A stretch of DNA of 32,000 nt from Pirellula staleyi DSM 6068 (GCA_000025185.1 CP001848.1:4710001-4742000); one strand, 5' to 3'. Positions 1-8,467 are shown, counted from the stretch's first letter. Made by a program: numbers and translations. Notes: generated by a model from the sequence alone, not told the origin.

Positions 1-1
1 C

Positions 2-478
2 TGCCACAGTGAGCTGGGAGATCAGAAAAAAGCGATCCAGTCGCATAAGCGATCACTGAAAGCCAATCCCAAAAACCACCAAGCGATGGTGAACATGGGA
101 GTCGCCTATCGACTGCTCGGCGACTACGGACAAGCGGCTAACTGCTATCGAAGTGCCCTCGAAATTGCCCCCGACTACCCCGAACTGCATTCAAGCCTCG
201 GAACCCTAGCAATCTTTCAGGGGGAACCCGAAAAGGCGATCCCCCACTTCGAGCGCGCGAATGCCATCGACGATACCTTGCCCACAACGCATGGAAATTT
301 GGCGGTCGCTTATGCCATGGTAGGCCGATTTGACGACGCCGAGCGGTCGCTCGAGCGGGCCATCGGTCTCCACTATCAGAACGTGGACTGGGTCCGGCGA
401 CGCATCGACGAAATTCGCCTTGAGCAAACGGAGGCTGAACTAGGGATCGGTGAGCCCTCGGAAAATGCTCCCAAGTAA
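2..478 (+). CDS. TPR-repeat protein, C-terminal part (5' end lies outside the window)
   Basis: The frame of ORF 86..478 stays open back to nt 2 (CHSELGDQKKAIQSHKRSLKANPKNHQAMV...). It shows recurring 34-aa TPR-like periodicity (GDYGQAANCYRSALEIAPDYPE; GEPEKAIPHFERANAIDD; GRFDDAERSLERAIGL). Confidence 0.75.
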   Translation, partial: CHSELGDQKKAIQSHKRSLKANPKNHQAMVNMGVAYRLLGDYGQAANCYRSALEIAPDYPELHSSLGTLAIFQGEPEKAIPHFERANAIDDTLPTTHGNLAVAYAMVGRFDDAERSLERAIGLHYQNVDWVRRRIDEIRLEQTEAELGIGEPSENAPK

Positions 479-721
479 TCGGAATCATCGGTCGGGAGAT
501 GCGAGGCACATCGCGGTCGTAAAATCGGGGCTGATGCGTGGAATCTATACAAACGTAACGCCCTGCACAGACGGAACTGCGAACGGCAGATCGTGACACC
601 CGCACGAAAGATTTCAAGCGTTTTCTTGCCGTTTTTTGCTCTCAGCGGCTTAGCGACCCATTCTGAGGCCGTTTGGGCGGTGCCGAAAGCGTTATGGCAG
701 CGAGATTAAGGCCAATTTTCA

Positions 722-751
722 TTGACACTGGGCGCGCGGCGTCTGTACAGT
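722..751 (+). promoter_or_regulatory. sigma70-like promoter candidate (TTGACA-N18-TACAGT) upstream of the PilM-PilN fusion operon
   Basis: TTGACA at 722-727 and TACAGT at 746-751 are read directly. They sit inside a 697-nt gap (479-1175) with no convincing ORF. Use of this promoter would imply a ~420-nt leader. Confidence 0.3.
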
Positions 752-1175
752 AAGAGGTAGGAACAGAGAATCCGGACAGCCTCCCAGTCTGGCGGGCCAT
801 TCACGTAGGTGGATGAGCTACGCTCTTGTCTTGCGAAGGTTCCTTCGCCGACTTGTGGAGTCCTGTTCTCGTGCGATTCTTGCTCTCACGTTGGCAGACT
901 AGTAGAACCTTGCGGTTTGCGGGGTTCTGCCTCTGGCAGCGCGATGGTGTGCTGGACTTGGTTCAGATTCAGCCCTGATCGAGTTTGGCGGGTGTCGACA
1001 GTTGCTTGGGATTTTCAGTGCGATCGCAGATCGGTCGTACTTTGTGTCTCTCGACTCGGCAGCACGGTCGGTTCAAGAACGTGTTCGAAATAACTCATCG
1101 AAATCAACAACATCTCAACCATCGGGGCTAGCAATCTGGCGGTCTAGGCTTCCCTAGACGCTTGCGAGGAAACTC

Positions 1176-3962
1176 ATGGCAAAACCATCCGGTGTTTGGG
1201 GAATTGATATCGGTCGATGTGCCCTCAAAGCACTCCGCTGCCGTATGGATGGCGATGCGGTGGTGGCCGACGGGTTCGACTATATCGAGTACCCCAAGCT
1301 GCTCACGCAATCCGACGCCGACGCACCTCAGCTGGTGAAAGAGGCTCTCGAGCAGTTCCTCAGCCGCAACAGCTTGCGCGGCGATAAAGTGGCCGTATCG
1401 GTTCCTGGCGAATCGGGCCTTGCGCGGTTCTTCAAGCCACCACCCGTGGATGTGAAGAAGATCGCCGACATCGTGAAGTACGAAGCCCGACAGCAAATCC
1501 CCTTTGCGCTGGAAGACGTGATCTGGGACTACCAGCGGATGCCTGGTGGCCAGGAAGTCGATGGTTTTGCGCTCGATACGGAAATCGGCCTGTTCGCCAT
1601 GAAGCGCGAACAAGTCAGCAAAGCGATGCAGCCGTTTTTGAACGCCGGCATCGAAGTCGACATCATCCAGCTCTCGCCGATCGCTTGCTACAACTACATT
1701 TCCTACGACTCCCCCAAGCGGCTCGCCGACGGGGAAGAATACGACCCTGAAAAGCCCCCGAAATCGGTCGTCGTTCTATCGATCGGCACCGATACGACCG
1801 ACCTGGTGGTGACGAACGGCTACCGCGTTTGGCAGCGTAATATTCCGCTCGGTGGCAATCACTTCACCAAGCAATTGTCGAAAGATCTGAAGCTTACCTT
1901 TGCCAAGGCCGAGCATCTGAAGCGGAACCCGAAGCAAGCGGAAGACCCCAAGGCGGTGTTCCAGGCGATGCGTCCGGTGTTCGGCGACATGGTGACTGAA
2001 ATTCAGCGCTCGCTGAACTTCTTCAGCAGCCTCGATCGCAAAGCGTCGATCGAATCGGTGATGCTCTTGGGAAATACCGTCAAGCTCCCTGGTTTGACGC
2101 AGTACCTCTCCAAACACCTGGGCTACGACGTCAAAGAAATCGACTCGTTCACGCGGCTCACCGGTGCCCAGGTCGTCACGTCCCCGAGCTTCAAAGACAA
2201 CATGCTCGCCTTCGGCGGCTGTTACGGCTTATGCCTCCAAGGTCTTGGCAAGTCGAAGCTGGGGACCAACCTGCTGCCTCGCGAAATCCTCACGCAGCGC
2301 ATGATCAAGGCCAAGAAGCCTTGGGCAGTTGGGGCCGTAGCGACCGTGATCCTCGCCTGCGCGTTCAACTACATCTTCACCTACCGTGTGTGGAATGAAG
2401 TGAACCCCAAGACCACCGTGCAAGGTGTCGCTTGGGAATCGGCCATGACCGAAGCGGGGAATGTCACCAAGACTAGCTCCACGTATATCACGGCCGACAA
2501 AGACAAAGTCGCTAAGTTCGATATGCTCAAGCAAATTGGGCAGGAAGTGGTGGGAGCTGGTGACCGCCGCGTGCTCTGGCTCGAGCTGATGAAAGCCCTC
2601 AACGAGTCGATGCCAAAGATGGCCGACACGCTGCAGCCTGGCGAAATTCCCGACGTTAAAAAACTGCCATTTGATAAACGTAAGGATCTGAAGATCTCGT
2701 ACGTCGAAACGCAGTACTATCCCGAACTGAGTCTCTGGTTCACCAGCGAGGTGAAGAAGAAGTACCTCGAGCTCAACCCTGAGCTCATGACTGCTCCACC
2801 TGCCGGTGCCACCCCGGGCACTCCTGGTATGCCGGGGGCTGTCCCTCCGGTCGCTGCGATGCCAGCCATGCCTCCCGCTATGCCTGGAGCCATGCCGGGT
2901 GCGATGCCGGGAGCCATGCCCGGCATGATGCCAGGAATGATGCCCGGTGGTGGTGTCGATCCTGTCACTGGTTTGCCGATGGCCTCGAGCAGTTCGTCGA
3001 CCGACGTTTCGATGGTGCAGATTCCTGGTCCTAAAGGTCCAGGCTGGGTGGTCGAACTGGCTGGCTATCACTACTACAACGACCCAGCGGATCGTCGTAA
3101 CGCCGGTCCAGCGCATGTGAAGAACACGCTGCTCAAGCAACTCAAAGAGGGCTCGATTGAAGTCCCCGTCGGTGCTGGCGGCATGCTCGATCGTTTCACG
3201 ATGAAAGAGCTCGGAATTGGCTATGCCATCCTGGCTCTCGATCCTAAACCGGTCGATCACCAAATCCCGAACCCCAATTATGTTCCACCGGTAGGCGTCG
3301 GAATGACCGACGGCTTTGGTGGGATGCCAGGGTCGATGCCGATGCCTCCGATGCCAGGTGCCAAGCCACCGGGAGCGAAGGGGGCCACCGATAAACCGGC
3401 GGTCGATCCAGCTGAAAATCCTCCGTTCTTCAAGGTGAGCCGCTACAACTTCATCATCCAGTTCTGCTGGCAAGAAAAGCCGATGAACGTGCGACTCGAA
3501 GAGCGTGCCAAGGCTCAGCTCGAAGCGCAGCAAAAGGCAGCGGAAGCTGCTGCAGCCGCTGCTGCGGGTGGCGTTCCTGGTGCTGTCCCAGGTGTTCCTG
3601 GCACCATGCCGGGCGTCCCAGGTGTGGCACCTACCGTTCCTGGTGTGGCTCCTGTCGCACCACCCGCGATCCCTGCGGCACCTATTCCAGCGGCACCCGT
3701 TCCAGGTGCAGTCGCACCTGCTCCTGGTCTGCCCGCTCCCGCAGCTCCAGCTCCTGGACAAATTGCACCTGCACAAGCAGCTCCTGGACAAGTGGCACCC
3801 GGCCCCGTAGCTCCTGCGCCGGCTGCTCCTGCTCCCGTAGCCCCCGCACCTGCTGCACCTGGCGCGGCTCCAGCCGTTCCAGCGGAACTCACTGGCGACC
3901 TGCCTGTTGAAGCTCCCCCGGCCGCCCCCGCAGCTGCTCCACCTGTCAATCCTGTCCCTTGA
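1176..3962 (+). CDS. PilM-PilN fusion protein: actin-like ATPase domain, INLLP-like motif, TM helix, then a large extracytoplasmic extension with Met-Pro-Gly repeats and an Ala/Pro/Val-rich tail
   Basis: ATG at 1176 lies 7 nt after GAGGA. The N-terminal ~360 aa match PilM signatures (GIDIGRCALKAL; IVKYEARQQIPFALEDVIWDY; VLSIGTDTTDLVV; IPLGGNHFTKQL; AEHLKRN; EIQRSLNFF). GTNLLPREI at nt ~2263-2290 resembles the PilN N-terminal INLLP peptide and is followed by TM helix WAVGAVATVILACAFNYIF. The rest of the protein is not recognised. Confidence 0.8.
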   Translation: MAKPSGVWGIDIGRCALKALRCRMDGDAVVADGFDYIEYPKLLTQSDADAPQLVKEALEQFLSRNSLRGDKVAVSVPGESGLARFFKPPPVDVKKIADIVKYEARQQIPFALEDVIWDYQRMPGGQEVDGFALDTEIGLFAMKREQVSKAMQPFLNAGIEVDIIQLSPIACYNYISYDSPKRLADGEEYDPEKPPKSVVVLSIGTDTTDLVVTNGYRVWQRNIPLGGNHFTKQLSKDLKLTFAKAEHLKRNPKQAEDPKAVFQAMRPVFGDMVTEIQRSLNFFSSLDRKASIESVMLLGNTVKLPGLTQYLSKHLGYDVKEIDSFTRLTGAQVVTSPSFKDNMLAFGGCYGLCLQGLGKSKLGTNLLPREILTQRMIKAKKPWAVGAVATVILACAFNYIFTYRVWNEVNPKTTVQGVAWESAMTEAGNVTKTSSTYITADKDKVAKFDMLKQIGQEVVGAGDRRVLWLELMKALNESMPKMADTLQPGEIPDVKKLPFDKRKDLKISYVETQYYPELSLWFTSEVKKKYLELNPELMTAPPAGATPGTPGMPGAVPPVAAMPAMPPAMPGAMPGAMPGAMPGMMPGMMPGGGVDPVTGLPMASSSSSTDVSMVQIPGPKGPGWVVELAGYHYYNDPADRRNAGPAHVKNTLLKQLKEGSIEVPVGAGGMLDRFTMKELGIGYAILALDPKPVDHQIPNPNYVPPVGVGMTDGFGGMPGSMPMPPMPGAKPPGAKGATDKPAVDPAENPPFFKVSRYNFIIQFCWQEKPMNVRLEERAKAQLEAQQKAAEAAAAAAAGGVPGAVPGVPGTMPGVPGVAPTVPGVAPVAPPAIPAAPIPAAPVPGAVAPAPGLPAPAAPAPGQIAPAQAAPGQVAPGPVAPAPAAPAPVAPAPAAPGAAPAVPAELTGDLPVEAPPAAPAAAPPVNPVP
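2787..2954 (+). repeat. Degenerate Met-Pro-Gly peptide-repeat tract ([56 protein letters not shown]) within CDS 1176..3962
   Basis: Read directly from the sequence. Successive A/M-M-P-G units use different synonymous codons (Pro: cct, ccg, ccc, cca; Gly: gga, ggt, ggc). Confidence 0.9.
3537..3959 (+). repeat. Low-complexity Ala/Pro/Val(Gly) C-terminal tail (~140 aa) of CDS 1176..3962
   Basis: The translation reads [115 protein letters not shown]... The low complexity also leaves other frames and the opposite strand open here. Confidence 0.9.
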
Positions 3963-3987
3963 TCTCCCGTAGGAAAGCTTGCCCAAC

Positions 3988-5931
3988 ATGGACAAACTCA
4001 AAGAACAACTGGCTGTCGTCAAGCAGCACTCGTTCTGGGTGATGTGCGTGGCCATCCTGGGAATCAGTGTGGCCAGCTGGTACGTCTCGACGAACAAACT
4101 TCGCGAAGAGCAAAAAAAGCAGCTGTCGACCATCGAATCGCAGCTCAATTCGCTCAGCTCGTTCGTCACGGCCAATCCACTGCATCCCAACCAGACGACC
4201 AATCAGCGGATGGATGAACTCAGCCGCGCTTACGCCACCAAAGTGGCTGAAGGTTGGGGTCTGCAGTACAAGAATCAAGAGTCGATTCTGGTCTGGCCGA
4301 ACTCGTTCGGTGAAGACTTCACACGGATGGTCGACCCCCTGCGTCCGATCGAAAACCTCCCGTTTCCGACGCCGATTACGCAGGAACTTTCGTCGGACCT
4401 GAAGACGATCTACCGTAACTACGTCGAACTCGAACTTCCCACCCTCGCGACCACGATTGGTGCCGAATGGAAGGCCCAAAGCCTGCCGGGCCAATCGACC
4501 GGCAGCGGCGCTGAAGGGATGATGCCGTCGTTTGGCTCCACACCTGGAATGATGCCTGGTATGAATCCTGGTATGCCAGGACAAACGCAGCTCGGCCCCG
4601 ATGGACTGCCGATTCAAATGGTCGACAAGTCGATCGTGCTGTGGGATCCCGCCAATCAGGCCGAAATCCTCACACGTCACTTCATTTTGACCAGTAAGGT
4701 CGAACTCCCTTCGACGCTCGAAGTGCTCTATGCCCAAGAGGATTTCTGGGTTCTCCAGAACATCATGGACATGATCAAAGCGACGAACGAAGGAGCTGAA
4801 GCTCGCCACGAAGCTGCGATCAAGAAGATCGACTTCATTCGAATCGGTCGTACGGCGATGGGTCTTGCTGGAACGGTTCGCCCGGTCGGTGCTCCTACGA
4901 TGCCAGGCATGACTCCCGGAATGCCCGGCTCGGAAGGTATGCCAGGTGCCATGCCCGGATCGATGCCCGGTGGTTCGCTGCCTGGAGGATTGCCTGGCGC
5001 AATGCCGGGGATGTTGCCTGGCGGTGTTCCACCTGCGACTGGGATGCCTGGCGCGATGCCAGGAGCTATGCCCGGCGCAATGCCGGGGATGTCACCTATG
5101 GCTCCCATGGCTCCCGGCATGGACGGCACCAGTAGCTCGATGCCCGGCATGGGGATGGTCAGTGCCGACCCGGCTGAAGGTCGCTATGTCGACAACAACT
5201 ATCAACCACTTCCTGCTTCGCGATTGCGTGCCGCACTCACTTCCACCAATCCTCAGGATGCGATCTTGGCTGTCGCGAAGCGGATGCCTGTTCGCCTCCG
5301 TTTCCATGTCGATCAACGACGCGTCAACAAGCTGCTGGCACAATGCGGCAACGCCAAGTTGCCTGTAGAAGTGAAGCAAGTTCGCGTGAATCGTACCCCC
5401 GCAGCGCCTGGTGCCATGGGTGGCAACTCGGCTGGTGGCGGTGCCGAAGGTTACATGTCGACCCCCAGCCCTAGCATGGACTACGGCATGGAAGGTGGCA
5501 GCAGCAGCATGATGCCAGGGATGATGCCCGGCATGGAAGGTGGCAGCGGAATGATGCCCGGCGGTATGCCTGGTATTCCGAGCCGCACTGGCAGCCTGAC
5601 TGGCGATGCCACGATCGACCAGAACATCATTCAGATCGAGCTTTACGGCATTGTGTACCTATACAACCCGGTGAACTTGTCGCAACTCGGTTTGCTCGAT
5701 CCGACCGCTCCGAACACTGCCGCACTGCCAACCGGCATGCCAGGTGTCACCGAAGCTGCTGTGGTTCCGGCCCCAGTTGCCCCAGCACCGATTGCTCCTG
5801 TGGCACCTGCTGGCACGGCACCTGTCGCTCCTGTGGCGACGCCACCAGCGGCTGCTCCTGGCGTTCCTTCGGCAGCTGCTCCTGTGGCTCCGATTCCGAC
5901 CACCCCGGTGGCAGCACCGGTGGGGCCGTAG
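3988..5931 (+). CDS. Bitopic membrane protein (N-terminal TM plus coiled coil, PilO-like topology only) with three Met-Pro-Gly repeat tracts and an Ala/Pro/Val tail
   Basis: The ORF track starts at TTG 3979 and the first ATG is at 3988; the true start is uncertain. It lies 17-26 nt after the upstream stop on the same strand. TM helix is [18 protein letters not shown], followed by a heptad-like segment ([20 protein letters not shown]). MPG tracts lie at ~4507-4590, 4894-5157 and ~5500-5580, and the tail at 5749-5928. I recognise no family for the globular parts. Confidence 0.75.
   Translation: MDKLKEQLAVVKQHSFWVMCVAILGISVASWYVSTNKLREEQKKQLSTIESQLNSLSSFVTANPLHPNQTTNQRMDELSRAYATKVAEGWGLQYKNQESILVWPNSFGEDFTRMVDPLRPIENLPFPTPITQELSSDLKTIYRNYVELELPTLATTIGAEWKAQSLPGQSTGSGAEGMMPSFGSTPGMMPGMNPGMPGQTQLGPDGLPIQMVDKSIVLWDPANQAEILTRHFILTSKVELPSTLEVLYAQEDFWVLQNIMDMIKATNEGAEARHEAAIKKIDFIRIGRTAMGLAGTVRPVGAPTMPGMTPGMPGSEGMPGAMPGSMPGGSLPGGLPGAMPGMLPGGVPPATGMPGAMPGAMPGAMPGMSPMAPMAPGMDGTSSSMPGMGMVSADPAEGRYVDNNYQPLPASRLRAALTSTNPQDAILAVAKRMPVRLRFHVDQRRVNKLLAQCGNAKLPVEVKQVRVNRTPAAPGAMGGNSAGGGAEGYMSTPSPSMDYGMEGGSSSMMPGMMPGMEGGSGMMPGGMPGIPSRTGSLTGDATIDQNIIQIELYGIVYLYNPVNLSQLGLLDPTAPNTAALPTGMPGVTEAAVVPAPVAPAPIAPVAPAGTAPVAPVATPPAAAPGVPSAAAPVAPIPTTPVAAPVGP
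4894..5157 (+). repeat. Longest Met-Pro-Gly repeat tract ([88 protein letters not shown])
   Basis: Read directly from the sequence. Repeat units are synonymously diversified at the DNA level. Confidence 0.9.
5749..5928 (+). repeat. Ala/Pro/Val-rich C-terminal tail of CDS 3988..5931
   Basis: The translation reads [60 protein letters not shown]. Its composition matches the tail of the upstream protein. Confidence 0.9.
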
Positions 5932-6077
5932 CTTGGCTGGAAGGGTCCGTACGTTGTTTTGGCGAGAGTGGTTTGTAACAAGTTCTCAGTTACTAATGAC
6001 TTAGCCAACCGAAGATGGAATAATTCAAAGCAGATCGATCGAGGGCTATCGATCAGTTTTTTGGAAAGAGACGTCCC

Positions 6078-8396
6078 ATGAAAAAACCAAAGATCAGCTT
6101 GGACATGTCGAAAATCCAAGGCCTGCTCGTTCAGCACGTCGAAAAGATTGTGCTGTTGGTGGTGGTGCTCGTCGCGTGCTGGTTTGTGTACCAGGGCTAC
6201 TCGATTGAAGGCTTGGCGCAGAACAAAACGCCATCGAGCCTGAAAGAAAGTGCCCAGCGTGCCACTTCGCACATCAATCGCCCCACGGTGTGGGACGAGA
6301 TCGTCAAAACGCGCTCGGTGCCGATGGATGTTCCGGAGAAAGTGACGCAAGGGCACAAACCTGCCGATGCACTTGCGTATCGTCTTCCGAACGCCTGGAA
6401 CCGAAGCGACTTTCCGAAGCTCAGTCGCCGTGTTGATCCAAAGCTCTTTCCGCCGATCAACCTGAAGGTTGTTCCGATGGTCGGCCCGCTGGCATATTAC
6501 GACCCCAATCCACCCCAACCGGGAACGGGGACGGGACTCGCCACATCGACCGACGATCCGCTCGACCTCGCGACTTTGATGGAAGCGGAACTTGCTTCGG
6601 AACCGAGCAAGCCCAAGCCAAAACCTAAGAAGATGGTGATGGATCCAGCCACCGGCATGATGGTGGAAGCTCCCAAGGGTGGACGTAATCCACGTGGCCG
6701 CCAGCCTTATCCAGGCATGGAAGGCTCGGAGATGCTGGCTCCTACAGCCGAGGGCTCGATGCCCGGCGCGATGTACGACCCCAGTGGCTCGGGGATGTAC
6801 GGAACAGGGCAAGCGGCCATGCTGAATCCCGAGAGTGTTCTCGGTTTCCGTCCGCAAGGTCCCACGATTGCGCGGCCCACCCGCTGCGTAACCGTGATGG
6901 CTGTGGTGCCCGTGGAACGACAAATCGAAGAATTCGAAAATGCTTTGGAATCGGGGCTCGACTACGATCCGCTTCGCGATCAGCCGCGCTATTTGCAGTT
7001 CGGTGTCGAACGTGCCGACGTGACGGAAGATCCGTTCATCGATCCTGCGACGGCAAAGTGGGAACCTCTCAAGGTGATCGCTTCACTCGCCGAAAGCGCA
7101 AACTGGGCCGGATACCCTGAAGAAGTGTCCGATCCGAATTACATCGACCCTGCTTACTTCGATCCTAACACCCGTACGGCAGTGAATGTGCTGACGCACC
7201 CAGCGCCACCATTCATGCAGCGTAATTTGTGGGACTTGCTCTATCATCCCGACGTTCCCCTTCCAGCCTTGCAAGTGACCGAACTTGGCCCTGATGGCCG
7301 GCCCATCATGCCAGTTGTTCCCGGTGCTGAAGATCCAGAAATCAGCGAAGACCTCCCGATTGCTCCGATCACAGGTCCCGGAATGCCAGGGATGATGGGT
7401 GGCGAAGGAAGCTACGGCAGTGGTGCTCCGGGGATGATGCCAGGTGGCGGTGGGGGGATGCGTCCACAATCGCGACCCCAGCGTGGTGGCATGATGGGTG
7501 GAGCGCCCGGCATGTACGGCAGTGAAAGTGGCGGCAGTGGCATGTACGGTGCCAGTGGAGTCGCTACCCCCACGATTGCCAAGTATAAATTGCTCCGCTT
7601 CAACGACATGGAAGTGAAGCAAGGGCGTGTCTATCGCTATCGCGTCCGCCTGCTGGTCGAAGACCCGAACCATCCTGCTAATCCACTGGCAGCGCCTAGC
7701 ATCCAGTCGCTTGATGATCCAGTTCGCGAACGAGTGAAAGCGCTCGAAGCTGATGAAGCCAAGCGAGCCGACAAGCGTCGCACGTTCTGGCGTGTCTCGG
7801 ACTGGAGCGAGCCTAGCGAACTTGTAAAACTCCCCGATAGCGAATCGTTCTTTGCCAAGAGCGTGGTGGCACCTCCTTCGTCGGAAGTGGTTCCAGGCAA
7901 GCCTCGCGTTCCGAACAAAGAGCACACAGCCACAACCTTGGCCGTGGTGTGGGACGATGTGAAGCGAGTCGATGTTCCAGCGCCGCTGGAAGTTCTGCGC
8001 GGCAGCACGGTGAACTTCCAAGCCGATGCTCAGGTGATTCACCCCGCACTCGCTTCCGAGCGTAAGCTGACGAAGTATGTCTTCAAGACGCAAGCGGTGG
8101 TTGCCGACATCAGCGGTGGAGAAGTAATTCCGCCACTGCAACGTGCCAATGATAAGCCCCTCAATGCACCGGGCGAGCTGCTGATCTTCGATCGTTTCGG
8201 CAAACTGCAAGTCCGTCACGAAACCGACGATATCGAAGCGATGCGGCGCTACACCATTCCGGAACCACCGAAACCAACCACCACCACCCCTGGTATGGAA
8301 GGTTCGACCGACCCGACCATGTCGGGCTACGACGATCTGATGAATATGGGCCCGGGTGGACGTCCACCACGCCGTCCGCGCGGCTCGCAGCCGTAA
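6078..8396 (+). CDS. Bitopic membrane protein with Met/Gly/Pro(Tyr/Ser) repeat tracts; third gene of the PilM-PilN fusion operon
   Basis: ATG at 6078 is preceded by GGAAAGAG. N-terminal TM helix is IVLLVVVLVACWFVY. Low-complexity tracts lie at ~6706-6822, 7374-7559 (GPGMPGMMGGEGSYGSGAPGMMPGGGGGMRPQSRPQRGGMMGGAPGMYGSESGGSGMYGASG) and ~8280-8393. A beta-sandwich-style motif follows (LLRFNDMEVKQGRVYRYRVRLLVEDP). No family recognised. Confidence 0.75.
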   Translation: MKKPKISLDMSKIQGLLVQHVEKIVLLVVVLVACWFVYQGYSIEGLAQNKTPSSLKESAQRATSHINRPTVWDEIVKTRSVPMDVPEKVTQGHKPADALAYRLPNAWNRSDFPKLSRRVDPKLFPPINLKVVPMVGPLAYYDPNPPQPGTGTGLATSTDDPLDLATLMEAELASEPSKPKPKPKKMVMDPATGMMVEAPKGGRNPRGRQPYPGMEGSEMLAPTAEGSMPGAMYDPSGSGMYGTGQAAMLNPESVLGFRPQGPTIARPTRCVTVMAVVPVERQIEEFENALESGLDYDPLRDQPRYLQFGVERADVTEDPFIDPATAKWEPLKVIASLAESANWAGYPEEVSDPNYIDPAYFDPNTRTAVNVLTHPAPPFMQRNLWDLLYHPDVPLPALQVTELGPDGRPIMPVVPGAEDPEISEDLPIAPITGPGMPGMMGGEGSYGSGAPGMMPGGGGGMRPQSRPQRGGMMGGAPGMYGSESGGSGMYGASGVATPTIAKYKLLRFNDMEVKQGRVYRYRVRLLVEDPNHPANPLAAPSIQSLDDPVRERVKALEADEAKRADKRRTFWRVSDWSEPSELVKLPDSESFFAKSVVAPPSSEVVPGKPRVPNKEHTATTLAVVWDDVKRVDVPAPLEVLRGSTVNFQADAQVIHPALASERKLTKYVFKTQAVVADISGGEVIPPLQRANDKPLNAPGELLIFDRFGKLQVRHETDDIEAMRRYTIPEPPKPTTTTPGMEGSTDPTMSGYDDLMNMGPGGRPPRRPRGSQP
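7374..7559 (+). repeat. Met/Gly/Pro-rich repeat tract within CDS 6078..8396
   Basis: Read directly from the translation. The motif vocabulary (PGMMPG, GMYG) matches that of the two upstream proteins. Confidence 0.85.
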
Positions 8397-8467
8397 CGTA
8401 TCAGCTGCTTCAACCAGGCTTGTGAATCAGCATCTTAAATCGCTGGTCACAAGCATCCTGACAAAGT

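Noticed and set aside
809-1093. A 94-aa ORF inside the long intergenic region upstream of the PilM-PilN fusion gene
   Set aside because: It is Cys/Ser/Arg/Trp/Val-rich with no Shine-Dalgarno sequence and no recognisable motif. I treat the region as a non-coding leader or possible RNA instead.
2229-4202. A 657-aa minus-strand ORF, plus shorter ones at 2717-2968 and 3515-3949, overlapping the PilM-PilN fusion gene and the next gene
   Set aside because: It is antisense to a CDS with clear PilM homology. Its translation is dominated by R/S/C/W/H/G runs typical of shadow frames in GC-rich and low-complexity DNA. The Pro/Gly/Ala repeat DNA stays open in several frames by composition alone.
2787-5157. 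Whether the short periodic DNA in the Met-Pro-Gly tracts could be a CRISPR array, a VNTR or a mobile-element remnant
   Set aside because: The units are 12-15 nt, in frame, contiguous without spacers and synonymously diversified. They lie inside long ORFs with coherent flanking protein sequence. Nothing like 28-37-nt repeats with unique spacers is present.
5643-8219. Minus-strand ORFs 5643-6923 (426 aa) and 7083-8219 (378 aa)
   Set aside because: They are antisense shadows of the second and third operon genes. They have Arg/His/Trp-rich composition, no recognisable motifs and no ribosome-binding context.
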